Below the pieces are notes generated by a model, which was not told where the DNA came from, ran no database searches, and was given only the letters and a program-made list of their open reading frames with translations. A stretch of 64,000 nt of DNA from assembly GCA_002269645.1 (NCBI GenBank), contig NIVC01000067.1, positions 1 to 64,000 on the forward strand, given 5' to 3'. Source of the DNA: Macrostomum lignano (taxonomy: Eukaryota). Positions 50,801 to 63,379 of this stretch are shown here, piece after piece; positions within the stretch are counted from its first letter, which is position 1; every line of letters begins with the position of its first letter. The position numbers and the translations under genes are program-made.

Positions 50801-53800
50801 AGATACTGCAATGGTGGCTATTCCTGGCCCAACTACATGCAACGTGTCATGCCCAACCACGGAAGAGACCTGTGGAGGAACTGCAGATTACTACAACGTG
50901 TATGCACTGTCAACCTACCTTGACAAGCCTAAGACATGCTACGAGTACAATGCAAAGAAGAACATTTTTCAACCCGGAAAATATTTAGTTTATGGAAACA
51001 TCAATGAGACTGGGACGCCAGATAAACCAACTGCGGTTTACTGCTACATGATTGGTAATTTTTAGGACTAGTTTTATATTCTTTGTTATGATACTATGTT
51101 ATGTTATTTTATGTTATGTATGCTATTTTATGCTATGTTATGGTATGTTGTTTTATGCGTCAATGTTCTTATTATAAAATTTTTCGTTCCAGACGGCACA
51201 GCATGTCCTGCAGGCTGGATTGGGTATCAGGGCTCCTGCTATTTGCTGAATTTCCGGCCGGAGGAACTCCGAAGTTGGAATGACTCCGTTGAGTACTGCG
51301 CGAGCCAAAATGCTGTCCTGTGGGCGCCAGACGATTTGGATTACTTCTTTTTGCATTCGAAGTTTCTAAAAAGTGAGTGCACCAAAATGTGGAAGCTCTT
51401 TTAGAGATCTGCAGCCACATTTACATCTTGACAGCTTGTAAATGTTACACTACCAATACGATCTTACATTTGTAAATACAAGAGCAGCATGTGGTCCCAT
51501 ATTTCAGAAAAGGGTTTCTTCGGCAGAGAATGGAACATTGGACTTCATAGTTGGAAAAGTATCGTGCCACTTATGCTGGATGGAAACATTGCACCTGCCA
51601 ATTACGAAAACATTTATAACAAATCGTCGGCCCGTCAGCTGAACGACCGAAGCTGTTTTATTTATGACGTGGAGTTTAAAAAACAGCTCAACTACAAAGA
51701 AAAAGTCGACGTTGGCATAATCTATATCCGGATTAACTGCAGCGGGAACGAGGAAAGAAGATCTATTTGTGTCAAGCGTAAGTTCCGCCTCTCTTTGTTC
51801 CCTTTGTCAGATTTTATCCTAATTTTAGCCATTTTCTTCACAAACTCTCAACATTTGATTGGCTTTTCTTTTCACCCGGGTTCATCAGCTTCCAAGTTTA
51901 AATTTATTCAGTCAACTTTTAAGCACTCGCTTCTCTGACACTGAAAGTCTTACTTTGTTGAAGAACTTCTGTGGTAGCCTAAGTATACTCAGGCGCCATT
52001 GGAACTCATTGTCAATAATTGAACAACCATTGAAGACTGAAACTTTCAACCATGTCACGAATGCGCATCATAATTTTAACCCAAATTTAGGTAAAAACTT
52101 CCCCGGATGCCACAAGTACAGCCTGGCTCTCAAAGCGCAAATATACCAGCGAGGGAGTTCGTTCCTTATGCAAACACAGACATTGCAAGAGTGTCACCAG
52201 GTGTGCAGTCATCTCGGGCTTGCGGCTGGCATTGTGGAGGGACAAAATTGCACTTGCTTGGACAGTGACGAGCTGATGGAGAGCTTCCAACTGGTGACGA
52301 GTGAAGCTGAAATTCGCAGCCAGTGCATGGTGAAGTGCCATCCAGATTCCTATCAGTTCTGCGCGGGGACACAACTTGGCGACTTCTCATACGCTTATGT
52401 CATTCTCAGTAAGATCTAAATTGAATCTTTGCACTCCACTGCATCTAAAGGTTTACAAGTACTGTCTATAAAAACTATTTACGGAGAATATTTACGGAAA
52501 AACTATCTCGATTTGCATTATATTATAGTCTAACTTGACCTGTAGAAAACAAATTTAATGAATGATCAGCATAGTATCGATTAAAAATTACTGCGGTAGT
52601 CGGCTGTACAAAGCTACGCCTTTTCTAAAGCAAATTTCAGGCACTTAAAAATTGCACTCCATTACAGTTAAAGCATGGTCACTGGCGGCCAGAATTGAGA
52701 ACCAGTTGCCAGTACTGTTCGGCGAGGCGATAACGTCAGTGTACGACATGCTGCTCAACTCTGGAAAGAGTTTCGGTAAAGACAACGACAACGGTGACAA
52801 TCGAATGTACGGCGCCAGGTCGCCTTTGGTGCTGCTACCCTGGCAACCGCTGAATTTACCCGACCGGATGTTCCTGCACAATCGATCGGACATAAACATG
52901 AACTACTTCAACGTGCTGTGGCGCCAGATGAACACGGACAAAGGAAACATCACTGAACTGGTAAATGTCACATTCGAGAACAACGATGGCACATCCTGCT
53001 GGCTGCTCTTTCATGGCACGGGCAAAAGCTGCTACGATTTTTTCTCTCCTAGCACCCTATTGAACACGTCTAATGGAACGCTGGACACAGGACTGTTTAA
53101 CGTGGCCCAAAAGTCTTCAAGCCCTTTGTAAGTCAAACTATTTGTTGACATCTTGTCCGATCGGTACTAGGTACAAAAAACAGAGTGTACATTCCTGACA
53201 ATTAGAAATCAGGGTTGCTGTACACCCTGGATGAGCGTTTGCATGCTTCCGTGCCTGCATGCAGTATCGGTGCACCTTTATGTGGTCAGGAGTCAGTGGA
53301 ATGAACAAACTCGGCTAACCGCTGGTAGTGGGACGACGTCGCTTAAGTCGTTGCGTCAGGGTGCTCACAGCTGTCCTGCAATTATTAATATTATTAACCC
53401 TCCCCAAAATGAAAGAAGTCGAATTAAAAGTACTTCGTACATTCTGCGTAATGAATATAGGCTGTGAATTAAAGAATGGAGGAAAAAGTTAGAGCATAAA
53501 AGAGCAGAATATTACGTAGACCCTACTATGCACGCAGCCAAAAACGCTGAGCGAACAGCGCACATAAACACGACAACGCCACCCGCTAAAGCTCACCCAA
53601 GACCACCACCCATACGCACAGAGCCAAGCCCTCAGCGCGGACACAGAGGGAGAGAGGTCGTACGCAAGTTGGCACTGGGCAGGGAAAAGAGAGGGGATCT
53701 AAATGTGCTTTAATACGCAAGAAATATTTTTGCTATTCGTGAACGGAAAGTACGTCGTAAACCACCCCAAACCCCAAATCCGGTGCTGAAACTTGGCCTG

Positions 53801-56800
53801 AACCCCGAAAACTTATAGGCTGAACAAAAATAAAGATGATAGAAACTCAATGCAAAGTAAATTGTTAATTTTTTTCAGCGAGAGACTATTCAGCATCACC
53901 AAGGGCAGTTCTGGCTTAATCACCTGTGACGGTTACAACCCAGTTTCAAGCCAGACTTTCCCGCTTGTTTATTTCGGAGTGCTGGACAACCAGCGTCCCA
54001 GCTGTGCCTGAATGCGTCCAAAAACCTCGACTATTCACCGCTGCCACTGCTGTTTTCAAGTTTCGATTCACCCGTGGCCTACTCGGATGCGTCAGCGGCT
54101 ACAGCAAAAAGCATGAAGGTTTATTCAAAAGCTATCTCTACCAGCCCTCCACTAGCAGGAGTCTGTCCTGCGTAGAGGCAAATGTGCTGCAGTTTTCGGC
54201 GCCGAATGTCACGATTGTGGATTCGACTGGATCAGCTGTTGAGAGCGTGCCGTGTCTAATGGCTGATGGTACGAGTCTGACAATAATGGCTTGAAATGCA
54301 TGCACTCCGATTTCTATATGTACTGCAATTGTTCTTCCATTACAGCTAGTCTCCTTACAGCTTCAATAATTAATAATTAACTACACTCGTAGATCAACTT
54401 AGAAGCTGCCTTAACTTAGTACTCTACCTCTCTAACCTGCAGTGCTACTGTATTGAACAAGTCAGCTTAAAAATAATGAGAGATGTAAACTTAAGGAAAA
54501 GAGAGTAGGTGTAGCAGAATTTCAATTAAATTAAGACAACAATTTCTCCTTGAATAGAAGCCGCGATCGATTGCCAGTTTCTGCATTGTTCCTCTTATTT
54601 TTTATTAATTTCTTTAAAGCAACATTGGCGAGTTGTGGCTACGGTCTGTAGAACTTAGTACGAGTATTATATTTTCATTCCTAGAGAGCTGAGCTTTAAT
54701 GAGAAATGTTGGAAAACTAGCGGCCAGGGGAGAAAGACTCACAGATCAGATCAAGGCATATAGCCTGCCTTCTTTTGGAGCCTAGCGCTCTATAATTGTA
54801 GATCAAGATCGAGAGATTGCCCTAAAATATTTATATTTACAAATATTATACACTAACCTAATTGACATCTTATTTCGAACGCTGCTCATCTTCAGGAGAG
54901 CCAGTAGTACCGCCGAAACAAGTGAACGAGACCTGCGACTTCGGCTGGTTCCACGTGAACGGCACCTGCTTCCAGCTGACGGCCATGGCGATGACCTACG
55001 CTGAGGCCAAGGCATTCTGCAACTATTTCAACGCGACCCTGGCTGCGCCGGAAAGTCCACTTGTTCTCCAAGAGCTCAACAAGGCAAGGAAGTTTTATGG
55101 CTACGGCCGGTTTGGCGGCGCCTCTCAGGGCTACGGCTTTTGGGTCGGCGTGGCCGACAGAACCGGCATAAATCAGTTCGACTCAGCAAACGGCGCACCG
55201 GTCACCCACTTGCCCTTGGCGTGCGACCTGGCACTGAGTCAGTTGGACTTTCGCAGCCAGGACTCCAAGCTAAACTGCTTCGAAGCCTTCACAGGCTCGG
55301 ATCAATATAGTTCGGACTTGGCAATGGCAGCGAACTGTTCAGTCTACACTCGACTCGTATCGAGCAGCTCAAATGGCAGCTCAGACGGTGACCAAGTCAA
55401 AAGCCAAGTCGATTACCGGCTCCAGAATTGCAACGAGCCGCTTGCTGGGGCACTTTGCGAGAAGCCCCCGTCAAAGCCAGGTACACCATAAAACAAAAAA
55501 CAAATTTTGAGGAAATTTTAAGCACTAATCAAAAGGGGAAATATCTACCTACATTCGTGTCTACATGTACATTCCAGAAGTTTGATTGCAGCATAAGTCA
55601 CATTGATCTAAAAAGTGGAAGTAGTTAGTACTTCAATTCATTACAGCGTAGCTTCATTGCAGCAATTTTTCTATCTTTAATCAGATGCAAGAATCCTCGT
55701 AAATATAGCGAGCATAGAGAAAGATCCATGTATGTGGTTTGAAAAATCAGACAAAAACGCTAGGTTGTAATTGAACATGTCCCTAAAAGAGTCCTTTTTT
55801 AGGGACTTCTAGAGCTATCATCACTAGAGCTAGTGATGCTATTTTTAGGAGTCTCTGCATCTATTAGACTTTTTAACCACCCTATTCCCGCAGTTTACTA
55901 CGGGTGCTACGATATCAATTGGAAGGGTCTGACTGGCGAAAGCCTGCCCGAGTCTGACCAGTGGCTGCACGTTCGCCAGTGTCTTTCTGTGTGCCTCGCC
56001 AGCTTTAAAGAGTTCGCGGCCCTCACTCCGGACCGGTGCGTGTGTCTCGACCAGAGCCAGCTACTGAATTCCGTCTTTGTGCAACGCGTCGACACCGAAA
56101 TTTGCTCCAGCACTTGTCTGGGCAATCGCTACCAGTCGTGCGGCAGAAGCGGTGCAAGTTTGAATTTCACACAGATTACCACATCGGTTTACCGGATTGG
56201 TACGAGCGCTTTTCGTCAATGAAATAGCTTTTTCTTCAGTTATTAACATTTTTTCAATGTGAATTTTCGTCCAAATGAGCATTTTGGTTGCGTGACTGAC
56301 TCAAAATAATAGAAAGCATAGAATTGTCAAATTATTCTGCCTGCAAATTGATTTGAACTTATAATTCAATTAGTTACAAGATTGCGTTGTAGTAATGTGA
56401 CAACTGTCAGCCTCTACAATGGATTGTCAATGTTCTTATTCGTTGTAACTACCAAGAAGTTGCAGATGAAAGTTTTTTTTCAAACTTTTTAGATCCTCAA
56501 CTGCAGCAGCTGTCAGCCACTTCCTGCCTTGAACTGTTCAAAAGAGGCATTTACCGCTCTGGCTATTACATCGTCAATGACGAAAGGCAGTTCTGCTATC
56601 TAGCTGGTGAGTAACATTTATTAGTGACAGACTTAGTGCTTTTTATCGTTGCTTAATTCAAAATAAAAATATTTTTTATTAATTCAAATCGATTTACCAC
56701 AGCAGAAGGTTTGTATCTTTCCTAAAGGCAGTTAAAAGCCTTACGAATCAAAAAATCAAAGCCCGTTCTGGCAGGTTTTCAGTGTAAATTTGTTCGCCTC

Positions 56801-59800
56801 AATTTTGCAGACAATTCCACCGCGTGCAGCTCCGGATTCGCGTTTAACGGCTCGTGCTACGAATTCGTCTCCCAGTTAGTGCCATTCGAGGTGGCTAAAA
56901 ACTCGTGCACGGTACGGGGCGGCCATTTGGCCAGCTTCCCGACTCCTGAGCACCTGGACTTCCTCACCTCCATCCTCTCGGGTAAGTATTTAATACATTC
57001 AATAACATCTTTAATTGTATGCTCAGTTTTTCACTAAAATATTCGCTTCCTGCATCCAAGTAGCTAAAAATTAAATCTCATTCAGTGCTTCTTGTGTACC
57101 AATATACGAGTACAAGCCATCGATATTAGCGATCTGCTTAAATCCATCAATTGTTTCAAACGTTGTACTTTTTAACTAAAATCGAAGAGACTAGTCTAAG
57201 CAGCGAAATGCACGTATTATAGTTTCACTACTTCGTTGCTAGTCACATACTATATCTTGCTGTTGTCTGTTTTTAGGCTCCTACTGGCTGACCAACGCAT
57301 CGCACTGGTGGCTTGGCCTGACCGATCCCCGGGGTCTCAAAGCTCCGATGTGGCTGAACGGTCGACTCTACCTTGACAGCTATTCACTGCGAAGCAACAG
57401 CCACTATCTCTTAGTCCGAGCGGAAAACTTCACTGTAAAAGATGTGGCACTTAACTACACAGGCGGCGTCAGCGGTAGCGGCATCAAAGCACAAGATGGC
57501 TTGTTTGTTGATGCGGACACATCGAAAATTGTTGGCGCGTTCGCCTGCCAAGTGAATAAAAAAGACCCCGGCTGCCTGTTGAAACAGTGGAATCCAGACG
57601 TTAACAACGTCAGCAGCAGAACGTTCGTTTCCAGCTTTATGACGCTGAGCATGTGCAGGTACTTGTGCTTCTCAGCCGATTTCCAGTACAGTTCAGTGAG
57701 CAATCGTACCTGTATGTGCATCAGTCAACTGGACAAGGTGTTTGGAAATGCTACGGCGGTAAATTATTTGCGAACGCCTGACAATGAGAATGGAACCGTG
57801 TCTGTGAACTGCGATCTGCCGTGTCCGGGCAATGAAGATCAGTTTTGCGGCTCCTCCTCGGGCTATTGGAATGTGCACTTCACGGGTGAGACGCTGTCCA
57901 ATAGACATTTAAATATGCTCAGGCCTTGACAATCCAGAAAGCTTAATTATCTAAATCTATCTGCAGATATCCTCGCCGCTGAGAACTGCTCAGTATTGTA
58001 CGCCAACGACATTCATTTCCGAAGCACGTACAAGCTCTACAATTCATCTGCAGCTGACCACTACTATGCCGAGTGTGGCTTTACAGGTACACTGTGTAGC
58101 TAGCAGTTCACAGTTACTAACAATCATAATCACGATAATTTATGTATTGGTTTCGAAGCGAAACGTTATAGCATGAGATTTTTGTAAAAAGTCAAATAAA
58201 ATACAGCCACATATGCATGTACTGGTAGCTTTGGGTTTATAGAACCTCAACTAAAAGGAATGCGCTGGAACCATGGCAAATGAGTGATTAAAATTGCCTA
58301 CAAAATTCATTCAGACGAGACGCCATGCCCCAACGCCTGGTACGCATTCAACGGAGCCTGCTTCGCCACTGGGAACGCGTCAGTGTCGGACCTGGAGGCC
58401 TGGCAGTTTTGCCTCGACAACAACAGCTTGCCAGCGACATTTCGAACCAACATGGACTACGACTTTGTGCGAAACTTGACTTCTCTATTGCCGTACCATG
58501 CAAAGTTTAACCCATGGCTTCTAGGCTACGCCAAGCTAAATCAGCAACAGACCCAATCGCCTGTGATCAGTGCCGCTGGAGACTTTGTCCTGTATTCAGG
58601 CGAGCCGGGCGCGGTGCAGCAAAGTCCGTATGAATCGGGCACATTCGCCAGATACTACTTTAACAATGGATCCGTGTATCCTTCGAAAGATAGTTGGTCC
58701 TCTACACCGCTATGCTTGATTCCTTATGGTAAGTGTTTAACTTTCCTATCTCGTAGAAGGATATATAATCGAAAGTAACAGCACAGAGTTCCATGTCAAT
58801 AAAGTTAAAATATTTTTTGCAAAATTTCATCGAAAATGGTTGACTAACAATTAGACGTTCTTTAAATGGGCACAGCATGTAAATCGAATAAAATATTTTG
58901 ATTGAGAACAACCGTCAAATAACTAGATTTACGATAGAATGCAATGCAGCTCTGAGATGCACTCCGCTACTGGCATGAGAAATTTCCTTCGTCGCACAAA
59001 AAGCCATAAAAGCCGGGATTTTTTCTCCACAGCCTTCGTCAGCTGCAGCCCAGTCTCCGACCCAAACAGCACGGTGCACATGCCGCTGCCGATCGCTGGT
59101 ACTCATTTGCCGCAGCAGTGCTTACAAATGTGCCGAACAGCGGGCTATAAATACGCAGGCCTTGCGTCCAGCCAGTGCAAGTGCACCAATTCCAGCCTCT
59201 CCGGGGGCGCTCTGTCACAATGCAGGCAAAACTGCGACAAAGTACAGTTTTCTTCTTGCGGTTCGGCATCTGGAAAATTTTCCTGGTATGACACAGGTGA
59301 GCTGATGAGATTTTATTAGCTGAAAATTGTGCATAAAGAGTCATAATAATTTATGAGGTACAAACTTTTCCACCAGAAATCGTTAAAAATGGAATTGCAA
59401 GCTCCTGTCACGATATTCTCAATTTGTTTATGCAAACTGAGGGGCCTCAACGGCTTCAAATCAGAGAAACTGGAGCGCTGTATACTGCAACCTGTTTCGA
59501 CTATGAGTGAGTTGCTTCTCTTGCTTCGTTTTGTTTGTCTAAAATAAAAAAAATATCAACAACGCTTTAAAATGCATTTAATTAAGACAGAATGGCCTTG
59601 AATGTTAACTTGAATTCGCACAGCTGTGATTAAGCTATAGAATGCGGCAATGAGTTACAAACAGCTGACCATTGTGTCGCTTTTTTAGATTGAACGAGAC
59701 GGCAGAATATTTATCGAGTGGAAAAAAATTAACTGTCACGTTCGACAACGAGACAGTGGTCATCGGTTACATTTTAAAAGGTAGAGTAAGACGAGTTTCT

Positions 59801-62800
59801 CACTTACCGTTTGCTATGAAACTGCGATGGGTAAAAATAGTTTGAATGTTCTTTTAGATTACGATGAAAAAATTAGATCCGATGTAAAGCTGGAATTCAA
59901 AAACTGGGTGCTTCTCGACTCTTCGGTAACTGCGACGGCATTCTACAAGCAGGTCAGATACTTAGTGATCCATTTATTTAAAATATAATTAGCTTTTTCA
60001 GGCTGTATTACGAGCATAAACGATTTAATGATTTCAGAACTACCCTGAGTTGGGAACTTTCTTTATGCCGAAAATGGTGCTCCTACCAATGCCGGTGCTA
60101 ACGCGTTCAACTGTTGGTGTTAGGACCGAATGGACTTCAAGATTCACAAATAAAGCTAAGCTTCAGCTAATTGGCTATTCGTATTCCTCCTTCAATGGTA
60201 AATATTCGAATAACTCAATCTGAGCGATACTCAATGTTCATTTTGTTTGTTACGCTTCTACACGAAACTTATTTACCGAGTAACCAACTCGCGCTTCCAG
60301 TAACCAACAGTTATATTGGCTGCCACTATCTGCAAGAGGACATTTTGGTGCCGGACACGATCATGCCTTATTTGGGACCGCACGGTGCTCAGGCCGCTTC
60401 GGCAAACGAAAGCGCTTGCATCGAGGCTTGCAAAGAGTGGGGTCTGCCCTATGCTATGATGCAGCAGCGACCGAGCGACCTGTTAAATGGTAAACAGCGG
60501 CCTCAATTCTTTTGTTTTAAACGACGCGTTACTCGTACATGCCCAATTGTAAAGTTCTAATAGCCAACGTCTCTATTTCTATTTTCAGGCCAAGAGGCGT
60601 CCAATTATGAACACTGCGGCTCGACCAAGTGGAATTACGTGCCACAAATGAATATCTGCGTCACAGTTCACAAGAATATTAAACTGGCTAACACAAGCAT
60701 TTTAACATCGCATTCGTCAGGTGTGTACTTTTATTCAGCTGCAGCTCGCGAACTCTGCCAAGAGATTGGTGGCTCCTTGTTTGCTCTATCCGACTCCGAC
60801 ATCGAATTAAGCCAATTCTTTTTCAGTGAGTTCAATTTCGACATTTTTTCTAGCAACGATTTTTTTCATAGATTTGATAGAAAGGCATAATGTGCATAAA
60901 AACTATTAATCGCTTGCAGAGCAACTCAATCGAGTTCATCGAGACCCGTGGGTTTTCCTGTTCAGCAACCCAGGTTGGATAAATATTGCTAATTTTAGTT
61001 TTATATCATCTTTTGGGCGTAACGCGAAAATAATATAATGAAAATGCTTTATTCATACAGATAATAAAGTCAGGGCATTCTTTTCCGGACATAGCGGTAC
61101 TGTCTCTTTGTTCTCACTGGGGGACAGCGCGTCCGTCAACCTAAAAATCGACGCTTCTGTACTCAAATTGGTCAGGGAAATCTCCTATCCTGTAATCTGC
61201 CAGAAACGTAAGAATCCACATATTCTGCATTGCGAAAATCAGTTGGGATTAAAAAACGCATCAAAAAAAATCACAACTAAATTTCAGCGGAAAATCGGAG
61301 CACCTACAGTTCTCTAGTGGCCAGTGCAGTTTACTCTGGTGAGCATTTTCTACAATAAAATTTCCCATTTCAAAGATACGAGCTGAAACCCAAGATGAGT
61401 ACCTTTAATAACCAAACATTACTACTCAAATCCATCTGTCAGAAAAGTGCTTTTGCGCTGTGAACTACGCCTACTATGGTCGGGCACTCACGGAAGATGT
61501 CTGCTCAACCTCTTGCACTGAAAACCTGGCCGAGTGTCGCAACTTTGCTGCTCGAGTGCATCGAACGTGGAGTGAGTGGATCGATTGCTTTTAGACGATT
61601 TACCTCTCGAATCAAAGTACGCATTTAGATTAAAAGAACCGTGGAACGTTCCTACTATTTTTTAAAAAGCATATTTCTTCCCACGTGTTTACCTGAACCA
61701 ATCCAGTAAGTCGAGAAAAGTAAAATTGAACTACTAAATTTGCGTGGCGTCAGTGGGATTGAGTAGAGTTGAGGTAGCGTTTCTTTTAACTTTAGTTTAA
61801 CTCCCAGGGTTCAATAATTAGGGTACGATAATGCTGGGGTTTTTTATAAAAATCAGATGAGGGCTTGTCGTGCGATTCACGACCACATGGGCCGACCCCC
61901 AAGTCTGTATCGATATGTAGAGCCTGTAGATGATGAAGCCTCTGCCGCTGCACGTGTACATGTACGTTCGTCTTCTTAGGTTTAGCGAATACGTAGAAAC
62001 AGTCAAAAGTTCCATTCTTGCCGTTTGAGAGTGTGGTGCTCGCCTCCTCACTGGCGCGCGGATAAACTATTGCTTTGATTTTTGACAGCATCAAAACCCC
62101 TCTTATACTCTACTCGCTCTGCGTGTGCTATTTTACTTCTTCTGTACGAGCTACATTGAGTATGCAGTGTTTAGTGTGATAAATGCTCAAGCCGGTGTTA
62201 TACTTTCGGATATCCGTGTCTGGTGTTATCCGCCCAGATAGTACAAGTGCTATCTGATCTCCCCCCAAACATTTTAAGGATCTTAAAGTATCCGGTCTGG
62301 ATATCTCAAGCTGCATTGCGTTCTCCGGAACTGGACATTTGTCTTGCGATGTCCGATCAGACGGCAAACGCACGGAGATAGCAAAACCTAACACCGGGGC
62401 TAACGTCCGATTTACGAGTATTTATCTCCGCCAAGGGGGTTGCGGTGTCTCTAACGACCAGTCACTACAGCCTCCTTGGAACTAACAATTAGCTAACTAA
62501 AGTCAGTACTTTAGTATTTTTGATATAAAAATAGTGAAAGATTTTGTCAAGGTATCCAGGTGGCGGGGCAGAGCAGCTCAGCGGTAAACACGTTCGACTT
62601 CCGTGCCACATTCGTTTGGGTTTTTTTCGCGAAAATAAGCCGGCGGGTTGTCTTGCGATTGCCCGTCCCCAAGCCACTAGAAGTGTACACGCCTGACGAT
62701 TAGAAAGTCAAATTGCTGCTGTACACCCTGGGTGAGAGTGTATATGAGTGCGTGCCTCATACAGTATTGGCGCGCTTGTGTGTACTCAGGAGTCAGTAGA

Positions 62801-63195
62801 ATGGCGCAGAATTGTGGACGATGTCACCGAAGTGGTTGCGCCACGGTGTCCCCAACCCTCCTGCAAATGTTTATTTTTTATTCGGTTCCAGCTCCCATGG
62901 TCCCAAGATCCTAAGATTCCCAAGATTGAGTTTTTTATAACAGCTGAACCTATCACCCTTTCAACTTAAGACCTGGCTTGCTTCAACATCCCGGTGGTGA
63001 TGAACGCAACTCTAGTGGGTCCAGTACCCCCGTACAAGCGAGTCGGTGAATTCATTCAATTTGACTGCGCTTTTGGCTACGAATTTCTGCCGGAAGTGGC
63101 CGACGCCAGGAACTACACGTGCGACCAGACTGGGAAGTACGTCTACGTGACCAGCAGTGGGTGGCACTATGAGAAGGAGGTGGATAGCTGCGTTC
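44891..63195 (+). CDS. Very large mosaic extracellular protein (Sushi-like x6, WSC x7, C-type lectin x5-6, short fibrinogen/collagen-N-type Cys modules, F5/8C-like, Sushi); 3' incomplete
   Basis: 34 GT-AG exons: 44891-44996, 45564-45821, 46468-46764, 46894-47184, 47640-47936, 48013-48315, 49052-49241, 49333-49394, 49832-50179, 50638-51054, 51193-51372, 51508-51777, 52091-52408, 52668-53127, 53955-54268 (acceptor uncertain), 54896-55480, 55894-56199, 56493-56606, 56811-56981, 57277-57885, 57967-58086, 58315-58728, 59033-59296, 59377-59506, 59689-59780, 59858-59952, 60038-60197, 60301-60489, 60589-60825, 60920-60973, 61061-61207, 61288-61338, 61443-61571, 62971-63195. Total 8203 nt in one frame. 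Signal peptide in exon 1; WSC (YYGCY..C..C..C.C..C...C.GN..Q.CG) and CTL (CP.GW..F.GSCY..A..FC..LA..W.G..LCEK) patterns. Confidence 0.85.
46090..46262 (+). mobile_element. SINE-like family 2 central domain (intron 2 of mosaic gene)
   Basis: GATTAGAAAG...GTACACCCT...TATGAGTGCGTGCCTGCATACAGTATTGGCGCGCTTG is nearly identical to 62700-62780. Confidence 0.6.
48565..48661 (+). mobile_element. Possible Helentron-associated (DINE-1/HINE-like) short element
   Basis: 15-bp inverted repeat TATCACGCTGATCTG / CAGATCAGCGTAATA after a T-run and (TTTATTAC)n microsatellite; downstream stem-loop ACTGTCG..CGACAGT (48639-48661). Confidence 0.35.
49448..49701. mobile_element. Foldback-type MITE (254 bp) with 8-bp TSD in intron 8 of mosaic gene
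   Basis: Perfect 29-bp inverted repeat CATAAGACCTAAATTTCACAACGCCTAAA near both ends; GGG termini; arms built of 16-bp subrepeats (CCTAAATTTCACAACG); exact TSD GTTAGTTC at 49440-49447 and 49702-49709. Confidence 0.88.
53200..53375 (+). mobile_element. SINE-like family 2 central domain (intron 14 of mosaic gene)
   Basis: TTAGAAATCAGGGTTGCTGTACACCCTGGATGAG...GTGCCTGCATGCAGTAT...CAGGAGTCAGTGGAATG aligns with the other copies. Confidence 0.55.
62565..62865 (+). mobile_element. SINE-like family 2 copy with partial tRNA-like head (intron 33 of mosaic gene)
   Basis: Box-A-like CAGCTCAGCGG at 62574, then the shared central domain GCTGTACACCCTGGGTGAGAGTGTATATGAGTGCGTGCC...CAGGAGTCAGTAGAATGG. Confidence 0.6.
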
Positions 63196-63379
63196 GTAAG
63201 TATATTTTCTTATCAGCTCGCCGACTTAGCAGTGTGTAGCTCGTTTTGCATACAGGTAGGCTTATTTACGATTTTCCTCAAGTAAAACCCTTGGCTACAA
63301 GAAAGACTAGAATATCACCTTATGTCGTCTTATATCTAAAGCTGAGTGGATCGACCGGTGGGCCGGGTTTAACGCGGAG

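Noticed and set aside
59300-59335. Hammerhead ribozyme cores (CTGATGA...GAAA), here and at about 43165-43200 on the minus strand
   Set aside because: No stem II closes directly before GAAA, and stems I and III are absent.
61790-62460. ORFs in intron 33 of the mosaic gene (possible Penelope GIY-YIG remnant or extra exon)
   Set aside because: No convincing motifs, and flanking exons join in frame without them.
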